In this document: piece after piece, positions 8,344 to 16,556 of the stretch
How positions within the stretch are numbered: the first letter of the stretch is position 1
How the letters are laid out: every line of letters begins with the position of its first letter
From: Kineococcus radiotolerans SRS30216 = ATCC BAA-149
GTDB taxonomy: Bacteria > Actinomycetota > Actinomycetes > Actinomycetales > Kineococcaceae
Length of the DNA stretch: 32,000 bases
Direction: 5' to 3'
NCBI RefSeq assembly: GCF_000017305.1
Contig: NC_009664.2
Coordinates: 3,450,001 to 3,482,000 of the forward strand
Notes under the pieces: model-generated
The model's database searches: none
What the model saw: only the letters and a program-made list of their open reading frames with translations
Told to the model about the DNA's origin: nothing
Translations under genes and position numbers: made by a program

Positions 8344-9837
8344 TCAGGCGGTGAGCCCGCGGGTGGGGCGCAGCAGCTTGATGACGAGCAGGACGCTCGC
8401 GATGATCGTCACGAGGGCCAGCGAGCGCCAGCCGACGGTGAGCACCAGCCGCTGGAACTCGATGCTGGCCTGGGTCAGCCAGTACCAGGCCCCGACGGAG
8501 GAGGCGGCGACAGACCCGAGGATCGTGCCGAGCAGCGCGCCGGCGCCGTTCCCGCTGCGCTTGCCGGCCTCGGCCGCGGCCTGCTCGGCCCACAGGTCGC
8601 GGCGCTTGCCGAGCAGGTGGGTCACCCAGGACTTGGCGGTGTTCCAGCCGGAGAACCACAGCCACATCTCGCCCGGCAGCCACAGGACGGCGAAGAGGTA
8701 GTCGGCGCGGGTCCGGTGGGGGGACAGGTGCGCCATCTTGAGCTGGTAGAGCGCGGCGAGGGCGGTGGGGGTGATCCACCACCAGGACCACACGAACTGC
8801 GAGACCGACACCGACGCGGCGAGCAGGGCGAGGAAGGCCAGGCGCATGAGCACGTTGAGGCCGAGGCCGATGTGCTGCAGCCAGAAGGGGATCGTCCGCT
8901 TGGACAGCGGCATGCTCGTCATGAGCGAGATGAGGCCGGCGTTCCACTTGGCGCGCTGACCGGAGAGGGCGCGCACGGTCGGCATCGCACCGACCTGGGC
9001 GCGGGCGGTGGCCGACATGACCGTCGTCCAGCCGATCTCCTGCAGCTCCAGGCCGAGCTGGGCGTCCTCGGTGGCGGTCTCGTTGGTCCACGGCGCGGGC
9101 CGGTGGTGGCGGCGGGTGACCTCGTCGACGGCGCTGAAGCGGAAGGCCGAGCACTGGCCGCCGACGATCGTCGTCTTGCGGGCCCGCTCGTTGGCGCGCA
9201 CCTGGAACTGGGTGAAGTCCATCTTCTGCGCGCGGACCAGCTGCCGGTTGAACCAGCCCCCGGTGCCCTCGGCGAAGTGGTACTTGGCCGAGACGGCCGC
9301 GGCGCTGGGCGTCTTGAGGAGCTCGGCCTCGAGGTCGGCGAGGCACTCGGGGTCGAGGACGACGTCGGCGTCCATGGAGACCATGACGTCGAACGCGCCC
9401 CCGGCGAGGAACTCGGCGTAGCCGGTGGCCAGCGCGCCGACCTTGGCGTCGGTGTTGCCGACGGTCTCGATGACCTTGACCCCGCGGTAGCGGCGGGCGA
9501 TCTTCACGGTGTCGTCGGTGCAGTTGTCGGCGATGACGACGATGAGGTCGGGGGTCCGGGTCTGGGTCACCAGCGAGTCCAGGCAGGCCTCGATGTCCTG
9601 CTCCTCGTTGTGGGCGGGGAGCAGGACGGCCATGCGGGCGGTGCGGCGGGTCGCGGGCCGGTAGCGCAGGCGGTGGATCGTGACCTCGAGGGCCCGGCGC
9701 GCCGCCACGGCGGTGTCGGCGAGGCGCTCGGCGAAGCTGGCCCGCGGGGCGGGGACGTCCAGGCGCGGCACGACGGTGCCTTCGAGGACGCGCGGCTCGG
9801 GCTGGACGAGGAGGGGGGCGAGGTCTTGCACGGCCAT
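8344..9837 (-). CDS. processive family-2 glycosyltransferase (membrane-embedded polysaccharide synthase, PgaC/BcsA/NodC-like)
   Basis: 497 aa. GT2 motifs appear in order: LLPAHNEE, ADNCTDDT, SMDAD (DxD), GGQCSAFR, ATEDAQL (TED), QRAKW (QxxRW). They are followed by 4-5 predicted C-terminal TM helices. ATG start with a GGAGG SD. Confidence 0.85.
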   Translation of the reverse strand: MAVQDLAPLLVQPEPRVLEGTVVPRLDVPAPRASFAERLADTAVAARRALEVTIHRLRYRPATRRTARMAVLLPAHNEEQDIEACLDSLVTQTRTPDLIVVIADNCTDDTVKIARRYRGVKVIETVGNTDAKVGALATGYAEFLAGGAFDVMVSMDADVVLDPECLADLEAELLKTPSAAAVSAKYHFAEGTGGWFNRQLVRAQKMDFTQFQVRANERARKTTIVGGQCSAFRFSAVDEVTRRHHRPAPWTNETATEDAQLGLELQEIGWTTVMSATARAQVGAMPTVRALSGQRAKWNAGLISLMTSMPLSKRTIPFWLQHIGLGLNVLMRLAFLALLAASVSVSQFVWSWWWITPTALAALYQLKMAHLSPHRTRADYLFAVLWLPGEMWLWFSGWNTAKSWVTHLLGKRRDLWAEQAAAEAGKRSGNGAGALLGTILGSVAASSVGAWYWLTQASIEFQRLVLTVGWRSLALVTIIASVLLVIKLLRPTRGLTA

Positions 9838-10104
9838 GGGGGCTGCCTCCGTGGGCGGGGCGACGGGGGGAAGGTCGGTGGGGCTCGTCAGTGACGTTAG
9901 GTAGCCGATTGCTCCACGAGTAGCTCCGTTCCGCCGCTAGAGGTAACGCTGTGGTGATGAACCGACCGCTTGGGTCTGTGGTCACCACGCGCCGTGACGG
10001 CGTCTCACTGGCCCCTTGACCGACCGTCACCACGTCGTGCGGTCCGGTCACGGTCCGCTCCGAACGGGGAAGACGGGACCGGGCGCGGCGGTTAAGATGG
10101 GTGC

Positions 10105-10338
10105 ACAGGCGTCGATCCGGCCATCACCGGTGAGCCTCCGGAAGAACGGCCCCACCACCGCACCGGTCGGCGGGGCTCACTAGACCCGGACGGGTGCGGC
10201 CCGTGACAGCCGGACGAGAGGTCGTCGTCGCCACCCCTCCGGGGAGGGCGGGGTCGGCAAGCGGGGTGGTACCGCGGCACCGCCGGCCCCGGCGGGTGTC
10301 GTCCTCGTGGCTGGAGCAGTTCAGTCGGAGGAGACGAC
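10105..10338 (+). promoter_or_regulatory. T-box riboswitch leader (tRNA-Ile responsive, translational SD-sequestering type) of ileS
   Basis: The T-box core GGGUGGUACCGCG is at 10264-10276. It folds by hand into helix A1 (10261-10266 with 10303-10308), a 7-nt bulge UGGUACC (10267-10273) and helix A2 (10274-10284 with 10291-10302). A competing helix pairs 10298-10306 with 10328-10338 and covers the SD GGAGGAG. AUC codon candidates are at 10123-10125 and 10115-10117. A possible -10 element TAAGAT is at 10093-10098. The 5' boundary is approximate. Confidence 0.88.
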
Positions 10339-13300
10339 GTGTCCCAGGACGCGAACCCGGACGTGACCACCCCTGACGTCCCCGTCGGCACCGCGGACGA
10401 CACCGCGGCGGACGCCACGAGCAGCCCCCGCTTCCCCGAGATCGAGCAGCGCGTCCTGGACTCCTGGGCCGCCGACGGCACGTTCCCGGCCAGCGTCGAG
10501 GCCCGCCGGGGCTCCGCGGCCGGGGAGTTCGTCTTCTACGACGGCCCGCCCTTCGCCAACGGCCTGCCCCACTACGGCCACCTGCTCACCGGGTACGTCA
10601 AGGACCTCGTCCCGCGCTACAAGACGATGCGCGGGCACCGGGTCGAGCGCCGCTTCGGCTGGGACACCCACGGCCTGCCCGCCGAGGTCGAGGCCGAGAA
10701 GCAGCTCGGCATCACCCACAAGTCCCAGATCGACGAGCTCGGCATCGCCACGTTCAACGAGACCTGCCGCACCTCGGTGCTGCGCTACACCGCGGAGTGG
10801 GAGCGCTACGTCACCCGCCAGGCGCGGTGGGTGGACTTCGACAACGACTACAAGACCCTCGACACCGACTACATGGAGTCGGTCATGTGGGCGTTCAAGA
10901 CGTTGTGGGACAAGGGGTTGATCTACGAGGGGTTCCGCGTCCTGGCCTACTGCTGGCGCTGCGAGACCCCGCTGAGCAACTCCGAGACCCGCCTGGACGA
11001 CGTCTACCGCAACCGCCAGGACCCCGCCGTCACCGTCGGGTTCCGCCTGCTGGGCGAGGGCGCGGACGACGCCCTCGACGGGGTGCTCGCCCTCATCTGG
11101 ACCACCACGCCCTGGACGCTGCCCAGCAACCTCGCGATGGCCGTCCACCCCGACCTCGACTACGTCGTCGTCACGGGCACCGGCGCGCACGAGGGCCGCC
11201 GCTTCCTGCTGGCCGCCGAGCGCCTGGCCCACTACGCCCGCGAGCTCGGCGAGGACGCCGCCGAGCGCGTCGTCGCCCGCTACCGCGGCGCCGACCTCCT
11301 CAGGCGCCGCTACGTCCCGCCCTTCGACTACTTCGCCGGCCGCGAGAACGCCCACCAGGTCCTCGCCGCCGACTACGTGACCACCGACTCCGGCACCGGG
11401 ATCGTGCACATCGCCCCCGCCTTCGGCGAGGACGACAAGCTCGTCACCGACGCCGCCGGCATCGTCCCCGTCGTCCCCGTCGCCTCCAACGGCACGTTCA
11501 CCGCCGAGGTGCGCGACTTCGCCGGGATGCACGTCTTCGACGCCAACAAGGAGATCAACCGCGCCCTGCGCGACGGCGTCCCCTCCGGGGCGCTGCTGCT
11601 GCGGCTGGAGACCTACGACCACTCCTACCCGCACTGCTGGCGCTGCGGGAACGCCCTGATCTACCGGGCCGTGTCCAGCTGGTTCGTCAAGGTCACCGCC
11701 ATCCGCGACCGGATGGTCGAGCTCAACGAGCAGATCACCTGGGTCCCCGAGCACGTCAAGCACGGCTCCTTCGGCAAGTGGCTCGAAGGCGCCCGGGACT
11801 GGTCCATCAGCCGGAGCCGCTACTGGGGCAGCCCCGTCCCGGTGTGGACGTCGGACGACCCCGCCTACCCGCGCGTCGACGTGTACGGGTCGCTGGACGA
11901 CCTCGAGCGCGACTTCGGCGTGCGCCCGGCCGACCTGCACCGCCCCACCATCGACGACCTCACCCGGCCCAACCCCGACGACCCCACGGGCCGCTCGACC
12001 ATGCGCCGGGTCCCGGAGGTCCTCGACTGCTGGTTCGAGTCCGGGTCCATGCCCTTCGCCCAGGTGCACTACCCGTTCGAGAACTCCGAGTGGTTCGAGA
12101 GCCACTACCCGGGCGACTTCATCGTCGAGTACATCGGGCAGACCCGCGGCTGGTTCTACACCCTGCACGTCCTGGCCACCGCCCTCTTCGACCGCCCCGC
12201 GTTCCGGACCGCCGTCTCGCACGGCATCCTGCTCGGCGACGACGGCCGGAAGATGAGCAAGTCGCTGCGCAACTACCCCGACGTGTCCGAGGTCCTGGAC
12301 CGCGACGGGTCCGACGCCATGCGCTGGTTCCTCATGAGCTCCCCCGTGCTGCGCGGGGGCAACCTCATCGTCACCGAGCAGGGCATCCGCGACTCCGTCC
12401 GCCAGGTCCTGCTGCCGCTGTGGAACACGTTCTCGTTCCTCCGGCTGTACTCGGGGACCTCCAGCCACACCCCGCGCTGGCGGACGACCTCGCCCGACGT
12501 CCTCGACCGCTACGTCCTGGCCAAGCTGCACGACACCGTCGTGACGGTGACCGAGCAGCTCGACGCCTACGACATCGCCGGGGCCTGCGAGACCGTCCGG
12601 CAGTTCCTGGACTCCCTCACCAACTGGTACGTCCGGCGCTCGCGCGCGGCGTTCTGGGACGGGGAGTCCGAGCGCGCCCGCGACGCGTTCGACACCCTGC
12701 ACACCGTGCTGGAGACCACGACGCGGCTGCTCGCGCCGATGCTGCCGCTGGTGTCCGAGGAGATCTGGCGCGCCCTCACCGGCGGCCGCTCGGTGCACCT
12801 GACCGACTGGCCGGACCCGCTGGACCTGCCCAGCGACCCGGCCCTGGTCGCGGCCATGGACGAGGCCCGGGTGACCTGCTCCAACGCGCTGGCGCTGCGC
12901 AAGGCCAACGGGCTGCGGGTGCGCCTGCCGCTGAACCGGCTGGAGGTCCTCGTCGCCGACCCCGCGGCGCTGCAGCCGTTCGCGCAGCTCGTCGCGGACG
13001 AGGTCAACGTCCGCGAGGTCGCGCTGGGGCCGATCGAGCGCGCCGCCGAGTACGGCGTCGTCGCCAAGCTCACCGTGAACGCCCGCGCCGCCGGCCCGCG
13101 CCTGGGCAAGCAGGTGCAGCAGGCCATCCGGGCCTCCAAGTCGGGGGACTGGGAGGAACGCCCCGACGGCACGGTCGTCGCCGGGGGCATCGAGCTCGCC
13201 GAGGGCGAGTACGAGCTGACCACCGTCGTCGAGGGCGCGGACACCGGGCGGGCCACCGCACCGCTGGAGGGCGGCGGTTTCGTCGTCCTCGACACCACCG

Positions 13301-13596
13301 TGACCCCGGAGCTGGCGGCCGAGGGGATCGCCCGCGACGTCGTCCGCCTCGTCCAGCAGGCCCGCCGCGACGCCGGCCTGCACGTGTCGGACCGGATCCG
13401 GCTGACGATCGCCGCCGACGGGCCGGTGTGGGAGGCGCTGGTGACCCACCAGAACCTCGTCGTCGACGAGACGCTGGCGCAGCAGTTCGGCTCCACCGGG
13501 TCGGCCGCGGCGCTGCCGGTGGAGAAGGCGACGCTGGTGGGCAGCGTCGAGGGTCACGAGGTGCGCGTCGTGGTGCAGAAGGCGGAGCAGCTGTGA
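10339..13596 (+). CDS. ileS: isoleucine--tRNA ligase (type 2, actinobacterial/eukaryote-like)
   Basis: 1085 aa. Class I signatures PHYGH (HIGH) and KMSKS are present, along with the block [52 protein letters not shown] start 5 nt after the SD GGAGGAG. Confidence 0.97.
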   Translation: MSQDANPDVTTPDVPVGTADDTAADATSSPRFPEIEQRVLDSWAADGTFPASVEARRGSAAGEFVFYDGPPFANGLPHYGHLLTGYVKDLVPRYKTMRGHRVERRFGWDTHGLPAEVEAEKQLGITHKSQIDELGIATFNETCRTSVLRYTAEWERYVTRQARWVDFDNDYKTLDTDYMESVMWAFKTLWDKGLIYEGFRVLAYCWRCETPLSNSETRLDDVYRNRQDPAVTVGFRLLGEGADDALDGVLALIWTTTPWTLPSNLAMAVHPDLDYVVVTGTGAHEGRRFLLAAERLAHYARELGEDAAERVVARYRGADLLRRRYVPPFDYFAGRENAHQVLAADYVTTDSGTGIVHIAPAFGEDDKLVTDAAGIVPVVPVASNGTFTAEVRDFAGMHVFDANKEINRALRDGVPSGALLLRLETYDHSYPHCWRCGNALIYRAVSSWFVKVTAIRDRMVELNEQITWVPEHVKHGSFGKWLEGARDWSISRSRYWGSPVPVWTSDDPAYPRVDVYGSLDDLERDFGVRPADLHRPTIDDLTRPNPDDPTGRSTMRRVPEVLDCWFESGSMPFAQVHYPFENSEWFESHYPGDFIVEYIGQTRGWFYTLHVLATALFDRPAFRTAVSHGILLGDDGRKMSKSLRNYPDVSEVLDRDGSDAMRWFLMSSPVLRGGNLIVTEQGIRDSVRQVLLPLWNTFSFLRLYSGTSSHTPRWRTTSPDVLDRYVLAKLHDTVVTVTEQLDAYDIAGACETVRQFLDSLTNWYVRRSRAAFWDGESERARDAFDTLHTVLETTTRLLAPMLPLVSEEIWRALTGGRSVHLTDWPDPLDLPSDPALVAAMDEARVTCSNALALRKANGLRVRLPLNRLEVLVADPAALQPFAQLVADEVNVREVALGPIERAAEYGVVAKLTVNARAAGPRLGKQVQQAIRASKSGDWEERPDGTVVAGGIELAEGEYELTTVVEGADTGRATAPLEGGGFVVLDTTVTPELAAEGIARDVVRLVQQARRDAGLHVSDRIRLTIAADGPVWEALVTHQNLVVDETLAQQFGSTGSAAALPVEKATLVGSVEGHEVRVVVQKAEQL

Positions 13597-15173
13597 GCGG
13601 CGAGGGACCCCTGGACCCGTTCGCGGGCGAACCCGACGAGGACCTCGACGACCTCACGGGGCCGCTGTCCGACGGCGAGGAGGACGACTCGGGGGAGGAG
13701 GCCTTCGGCACCGACGGCCTGCGCCGGGGCCGCGTCCCCCAGGACCGCCGCCCGCCCTCCCGGGTCCCCGGGGCGGCGGTCGCGGCCGCCACCCCCGGCC
13801 CCGCCGTGGAGGACGACCCGCGCTTCGAGGAGGTCGTGGCGCAGATCCTGGCGCGCAACCCCGAGCACCGGATCCACCCCACCCTGGACCGCGTGCGCGA
13901 GGCCTGCGCCCTGCTGGGGGACCCGCAGACGGCCTACCGCGTCGTCCACCTCGCCGGCACCAACGGCAAGACGTCCACGGCGCGGATGGTGGAGCGGCTG
14001 GTGCGCGAGCACGACCTGCGCACCGGGCGGTTCACCAGCCCCCACCTCGTCGACATCACCGAGCGCATCGCCGTCGACGGCGACCCCATCACCCACGCGG
14101 CGTTCGTGCGGGCCTGGGACGACGTCGAACCCGTGGTCTCGATCGTCGACGCCCGGGCCGCCGAGCGCGGTGAGCCCCGGCTGAGCTTCTTCGAGGTCCT
14201 CACCCTCATGGCCTTCGCCGCGTTCGCCGACGCCCCCGTCGACGTCGCGGTGATCGAGACCGGCCTCGGCGGGACGTGGGACACCACCAACGTGGTGCAG
14301 CCCGACGTCGCCGTCGTCACCCCGGTCTCGATGGACCACGAGGCGTGGCTCGGTTCGACGCTGGAGGAGATCGCCGGTCAGAAGGCCGGGATCATCAAGC
14401 ACGGCTCGATCGTGGTCATCGGGAAGCAGGAGGAGGAGGCCGGGGCCGTGCTCACGGCCAAGGCCGCCGCCGAGCGCGTCAACGTGGTCCGCGAGGGCGT
14501 CGACTTCGGGGTCGAGGAGCGGGCGCTGGCCGTCGGGGGGCAGCTGGTGTCGCTGCGCACCCGCGGCGGCACCTACACCGACGTCCTGCTGCCGCTGCAC
14601 GGGGTCCACCAGGCCGAGAACGCCGCGACCGCCCTCAGCGCCGCCGAGGCGCTGCTCGCCCTGCCCGGCGGCACCCTCGTGCCCGGGCTGGTCGAGGCGG
14701 CCTTCGCCGACGTCACCTCGCCCGGGCGGCTGGAGGTGCTGCGGACCTCCCCGCTGGTCCTCGTCGACGCCGCCCACAACCCCGCCGGTGCGCAGGCCCT
14801 CGCCGACGCGGTCGCGGAGGCCTTCACCCTCAGCCGCCTCGTCGGGGTGGTCGCGGTGATGGGGGACAAGGACGTCGAGGGTGTCCTGAGCGCCCTCGAA
14901 CCCGTCCTGGCCGAGGTCGTCGTGACCCGCTCCAGCTCCCCGCGCGGCCTGGAACCGGCCGAGCTCGCCGAGATCGCGGAGGACGTCTTCGGCGAGGACC
15001 GGGTGCACCTCGTCGAGCGCCTCGACGAGGCGATCGCCACGGCCGTCGACCTCGCCGAGTCCGACACCGGTGCGGGTGGTGGGATCGGGGGCAGCGGCGC
15101 GGGTGTCGTCGTCGCCGGGTCCGTCGTGCTCGCCGGCGACGTCCGGGCGTTGTTCGGGAAGGGACAGGGATGA
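13593..15173 (+). CDS. folC: bifunctional folylpolyglutamate synthase / dihydrofolate synthase
   Basis: P-loop [14 protein letters not shown] and Mur-ligase-like blocks ([21 protein letters not shown]). The GTG at 13593 overlaps the ileS stop (GTGA) and has GGAG 5 nt upstream. High GC3 from 13593 onward supports the long acidic N-terminal extension. An internal GTG near 13806 is an alternative start. Confidence 0.88.
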   Translation: MSGEGPLDPFAGEPDEDLDDLTGPLSDGEEDDSGEEAFGTDGLRRGRVPQDRRPPSRVPGAAVAAATPGPAVEDDPRFEEVVAQILARNPEHRIHPTLDRVREACALLGDPQTAYRVVHLAGTNGKTSTARMVERLVREHDLRTGRFTSPHLVDITERIAVDGDPITHAAFVRAWDDVEPVVSIVDARAAERGEPRLSFFEVLTLMAFAAFADAPVDVAVIETGLGGTWDTTNVVQPDVAVVTPVSMDHEAWLGSTLEEIAGQKAGIIKHGSIVVIGKQEEEAGAVLTAKAAAERVNVVREGVDFGVEERALAVGGQLVSLRTRGGTYTDVLLPLHGVHQAENAATALSAAEALLALPGGTLVPGLVEAAFADVTSPGRLEVLRTSPLVLVDAAHNPAGAQALADAVAEAFTLSRLVGVVAVMGDKDVEGVLSALEPVLAEVVVTRSSSPRGLEPAELAEIAEDVFGEDRVHLVERLDEAIATAVDLAESDTGAGGGIGGSGAGVVVAGSVVLAGDVRALFGKGQG

Positions 15174-15526
15174 GGAACCCCAAGCGGATGATGGCCGCGA
15201 CGGTGCTGATCAGCGAGGCGCTCGTCGTGTTCTTCGCCACGCTCACCGCCTACGGCCTGTCCGAGACCCGGCACGTGAGCTACCTGGTCGTGGGCGGGGT
15301 CCTGCTGCTGCTGTGCGTGCTGTGCGCGGGGATGCTGCGCTCGCGCGCCGGGTACGCCTTCGGCTGGGTCCTGCAGGTCGTGATGATCGCCGGGGGCTTC
15401 GTCGTGCCGATGATGTTCCTCGTCGGGGCCGGGTTCGCGGTCATCTGGTTCTTCGCCGTCCGCCTCGGCAACCGCATCGAGCGCGAGCAGGCCGAGATCG
15501 CGCGCCGGCTGGCCGACGGTTCCTGA
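15170..15526 (+). CDS. DUF4233 family small membrane protein
   Basis: 118 aa with 3-4 hydrophobic helices ([25 protein letters not shown]...). The ATG overlaps the folC stop (ATGA). Its position directly after folC is the usual actinobacterial context for DUF4233 (from memory). Confidence 0.8.
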   Translation: MRNPKRMMAATVLISEALVVFFATLTAYGLSETRHVSYLVVGGVLLLLCVLCAGMLRSRAGYAFGWVLQVVMIAGGFVVPMMFLVGAGFAVIWFFAVRLGNRIEREQAEIARRLADGS

Positions 15527-15554
15527 CCCCCACCCCCGCCCCCCGGAGGAACCC

Positions 15555-15887
15555 GTGCGCATCGTCCTCGACCCCGCCGCCCCGCAGCCGGTCGGGCTGG
15601 TCGACCTCGACGTCCTCACCGCCTTCGACGTCGCCGTCCCCGCCGGCACCACCGCCGCCGAGGCCGCGGCCGTCCTCGGCGGCGTCGGCGAGCTCGACCC
15701 GCGGGGGGAGGACCTCGCCGGCGCCCACGTCCGGGTGCGCCTGGACTGGCTGCGCGGGACCGCCCACGCCGGGGGCGCGGGCCCCGGCTGGGACGAGCGG
15801 TTCGACGCGATGATCGCCTACGCCCGCTCGAAGGGCTGGGTCGACGACGCTGCGGGCACCGTCCGCGCCCACGTCGCGGTGGGCTGA
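15555..15887 (+). CDS. hypothetical protein (110 aa)
   Basis: GTG start 4 nt after a GGAGGA SD. GC3 is close to 100% throughout. I recognise no motif. Confidence 0.6.
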   Translation: MRIVLDPAAPQPVGLVDLDVLTAFDVAVPAGTTAAEAAAVLGGVGELDPRGEDLAGAHVRVRLDWLRGTAHAGGAGPGWDERFDAMIAYARSKGWVDDAAGTVRAHVAVG

Positions 15888-15890
15888 GCC

Positions 15891-16556
15891 TCAGCGCAGC
15901 ACCGGGAACCGCTCCGCGAGCCCGGGGTGGTGGGCGCTGACCTCCGCGGTCAGCGGTACCCGGCCGGTGCCGGCCAGCACCACCGTCGCGTCGTCCCAGT
16001 CCGCGGGGACGACGTCGCCGGCGAGGTCGTCGACGGTGCGCCGGGCCAGGGTCAGGGCGCCGGGCGCGGGGGGAGCGGCGATGAGGTCCAGGTCGAGGTG
16101 GTGCACCGCGAGCTCCACCGCCCAGCTGCCGAGGAAGTCGCCGGTGCCGAAGGTGAACCCCTGGAACGCGACCCGGTCCTCGCGCCCGGCCGCGACCCCG
16201 CGGGCCAGCCCCTCCACCGTCCGGTCGAGGTGGCCGGTCAGCGCCTCGGGCGCGGGGTAGGCGGCGGCGAACCCGGCCAGCAGCCGGTCCTGCTCGGCGG
16301 TGTCCTCCGTCGCCGGGTAGCGCGTCCAGTAGCCGGCGGCGTCGACGGTCACCGGCCCCGGTGCGTCGACGTCGAGCAGGGCCAGCGCCACCTCCTGCAG
16401 CCCCAGGTGCACGTGGACCAGCAGCTGGGCGCAGGTCCAGCCCGCGCACCGGCTGGGGGCCTCGACCTCGTCGAGCCCCGCCAGCAGCTCCCGCCAGGTG
16501 GTGAGCTCGTCCAGCAGCGCCGTGCGGCCTTCCTCGTCGGAGAGGTGCAGGGTCAC
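15891..16556 (-). CDS. DinB-fold / mycothiol-dependent maleylpyruvate isomerase N-terminal domain family protein
   Basis: 221 aa. The N-terminal pattern ...APSRCAGWTCAQLLVHVHLGLQE... resembles the MDMPI/TIGR03083-type DinB fold. The GTG start overlaps the upstream sugar-porter stop (GTGA at 16553-16556). The rest of the 712-aa track ORF is a shadow frame. Confidence 0.7.
   Translation of the reverse strand: MTLHLSDEEGRTALLDELTTWRELLAGLDEVEAPSRCAGWTCAQLLVHVHLGLQEVALALLDVDAPGPVTVDAAGYWTRYPATEDTAEQDRLLAGFAAAYPAPEALTGHLDRTVEGLARGVAAGREDRVAFQGFTFGTGDFLGSWAVELAVHHLDLDLIAAPPAPGALTLARRTVDDLAGDVVPADWDDATVVLAGTGRVPLTAEVSAHHPGLAERFPVLR

Noticed and set aside
8261-10051. 596-aa minus-strand ORF overlapping the GT2 gene and the spacer, and the 563-aa plus-strand ORF at 8203-9894
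   Set aside because: Both are off-frame or antisense to the GT2 gene, which carries the full ordered GT2 motif set. Their sequences are Arg/Pro/Gly-rich shadow products.
9895-10090. Lower-GC stretch between the GT2 gene and the T-box, examined for a tRNA, small RNA or mobile-element end
   Set aside because: I could draw no cloverleaf, and there is no direct or inverted terminal repeat pair and no ORF with coding-like GC3. It is most simply the divergent promoter region. A TTGACC at 10016-10021 has no matching -10 element.
10321-13557. 1078-aa ORF antisense to nearly all of ileS
   Set aside because: It mirrors a well-supported gene and its protein is a degenerate Gly/Asp/Val/Arg-rich sequence with no motif. 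Stop-codon depletion on the antisense strand is expected at this GC content.
10797-13592. Upstream part of the 1458-aa track ORF that ends as folC
   Set aside because: It is an alternate frame inside ileS. Recognisable FolC sequence and coding-like codon usage in this frame begin only at the GTG at 13593.
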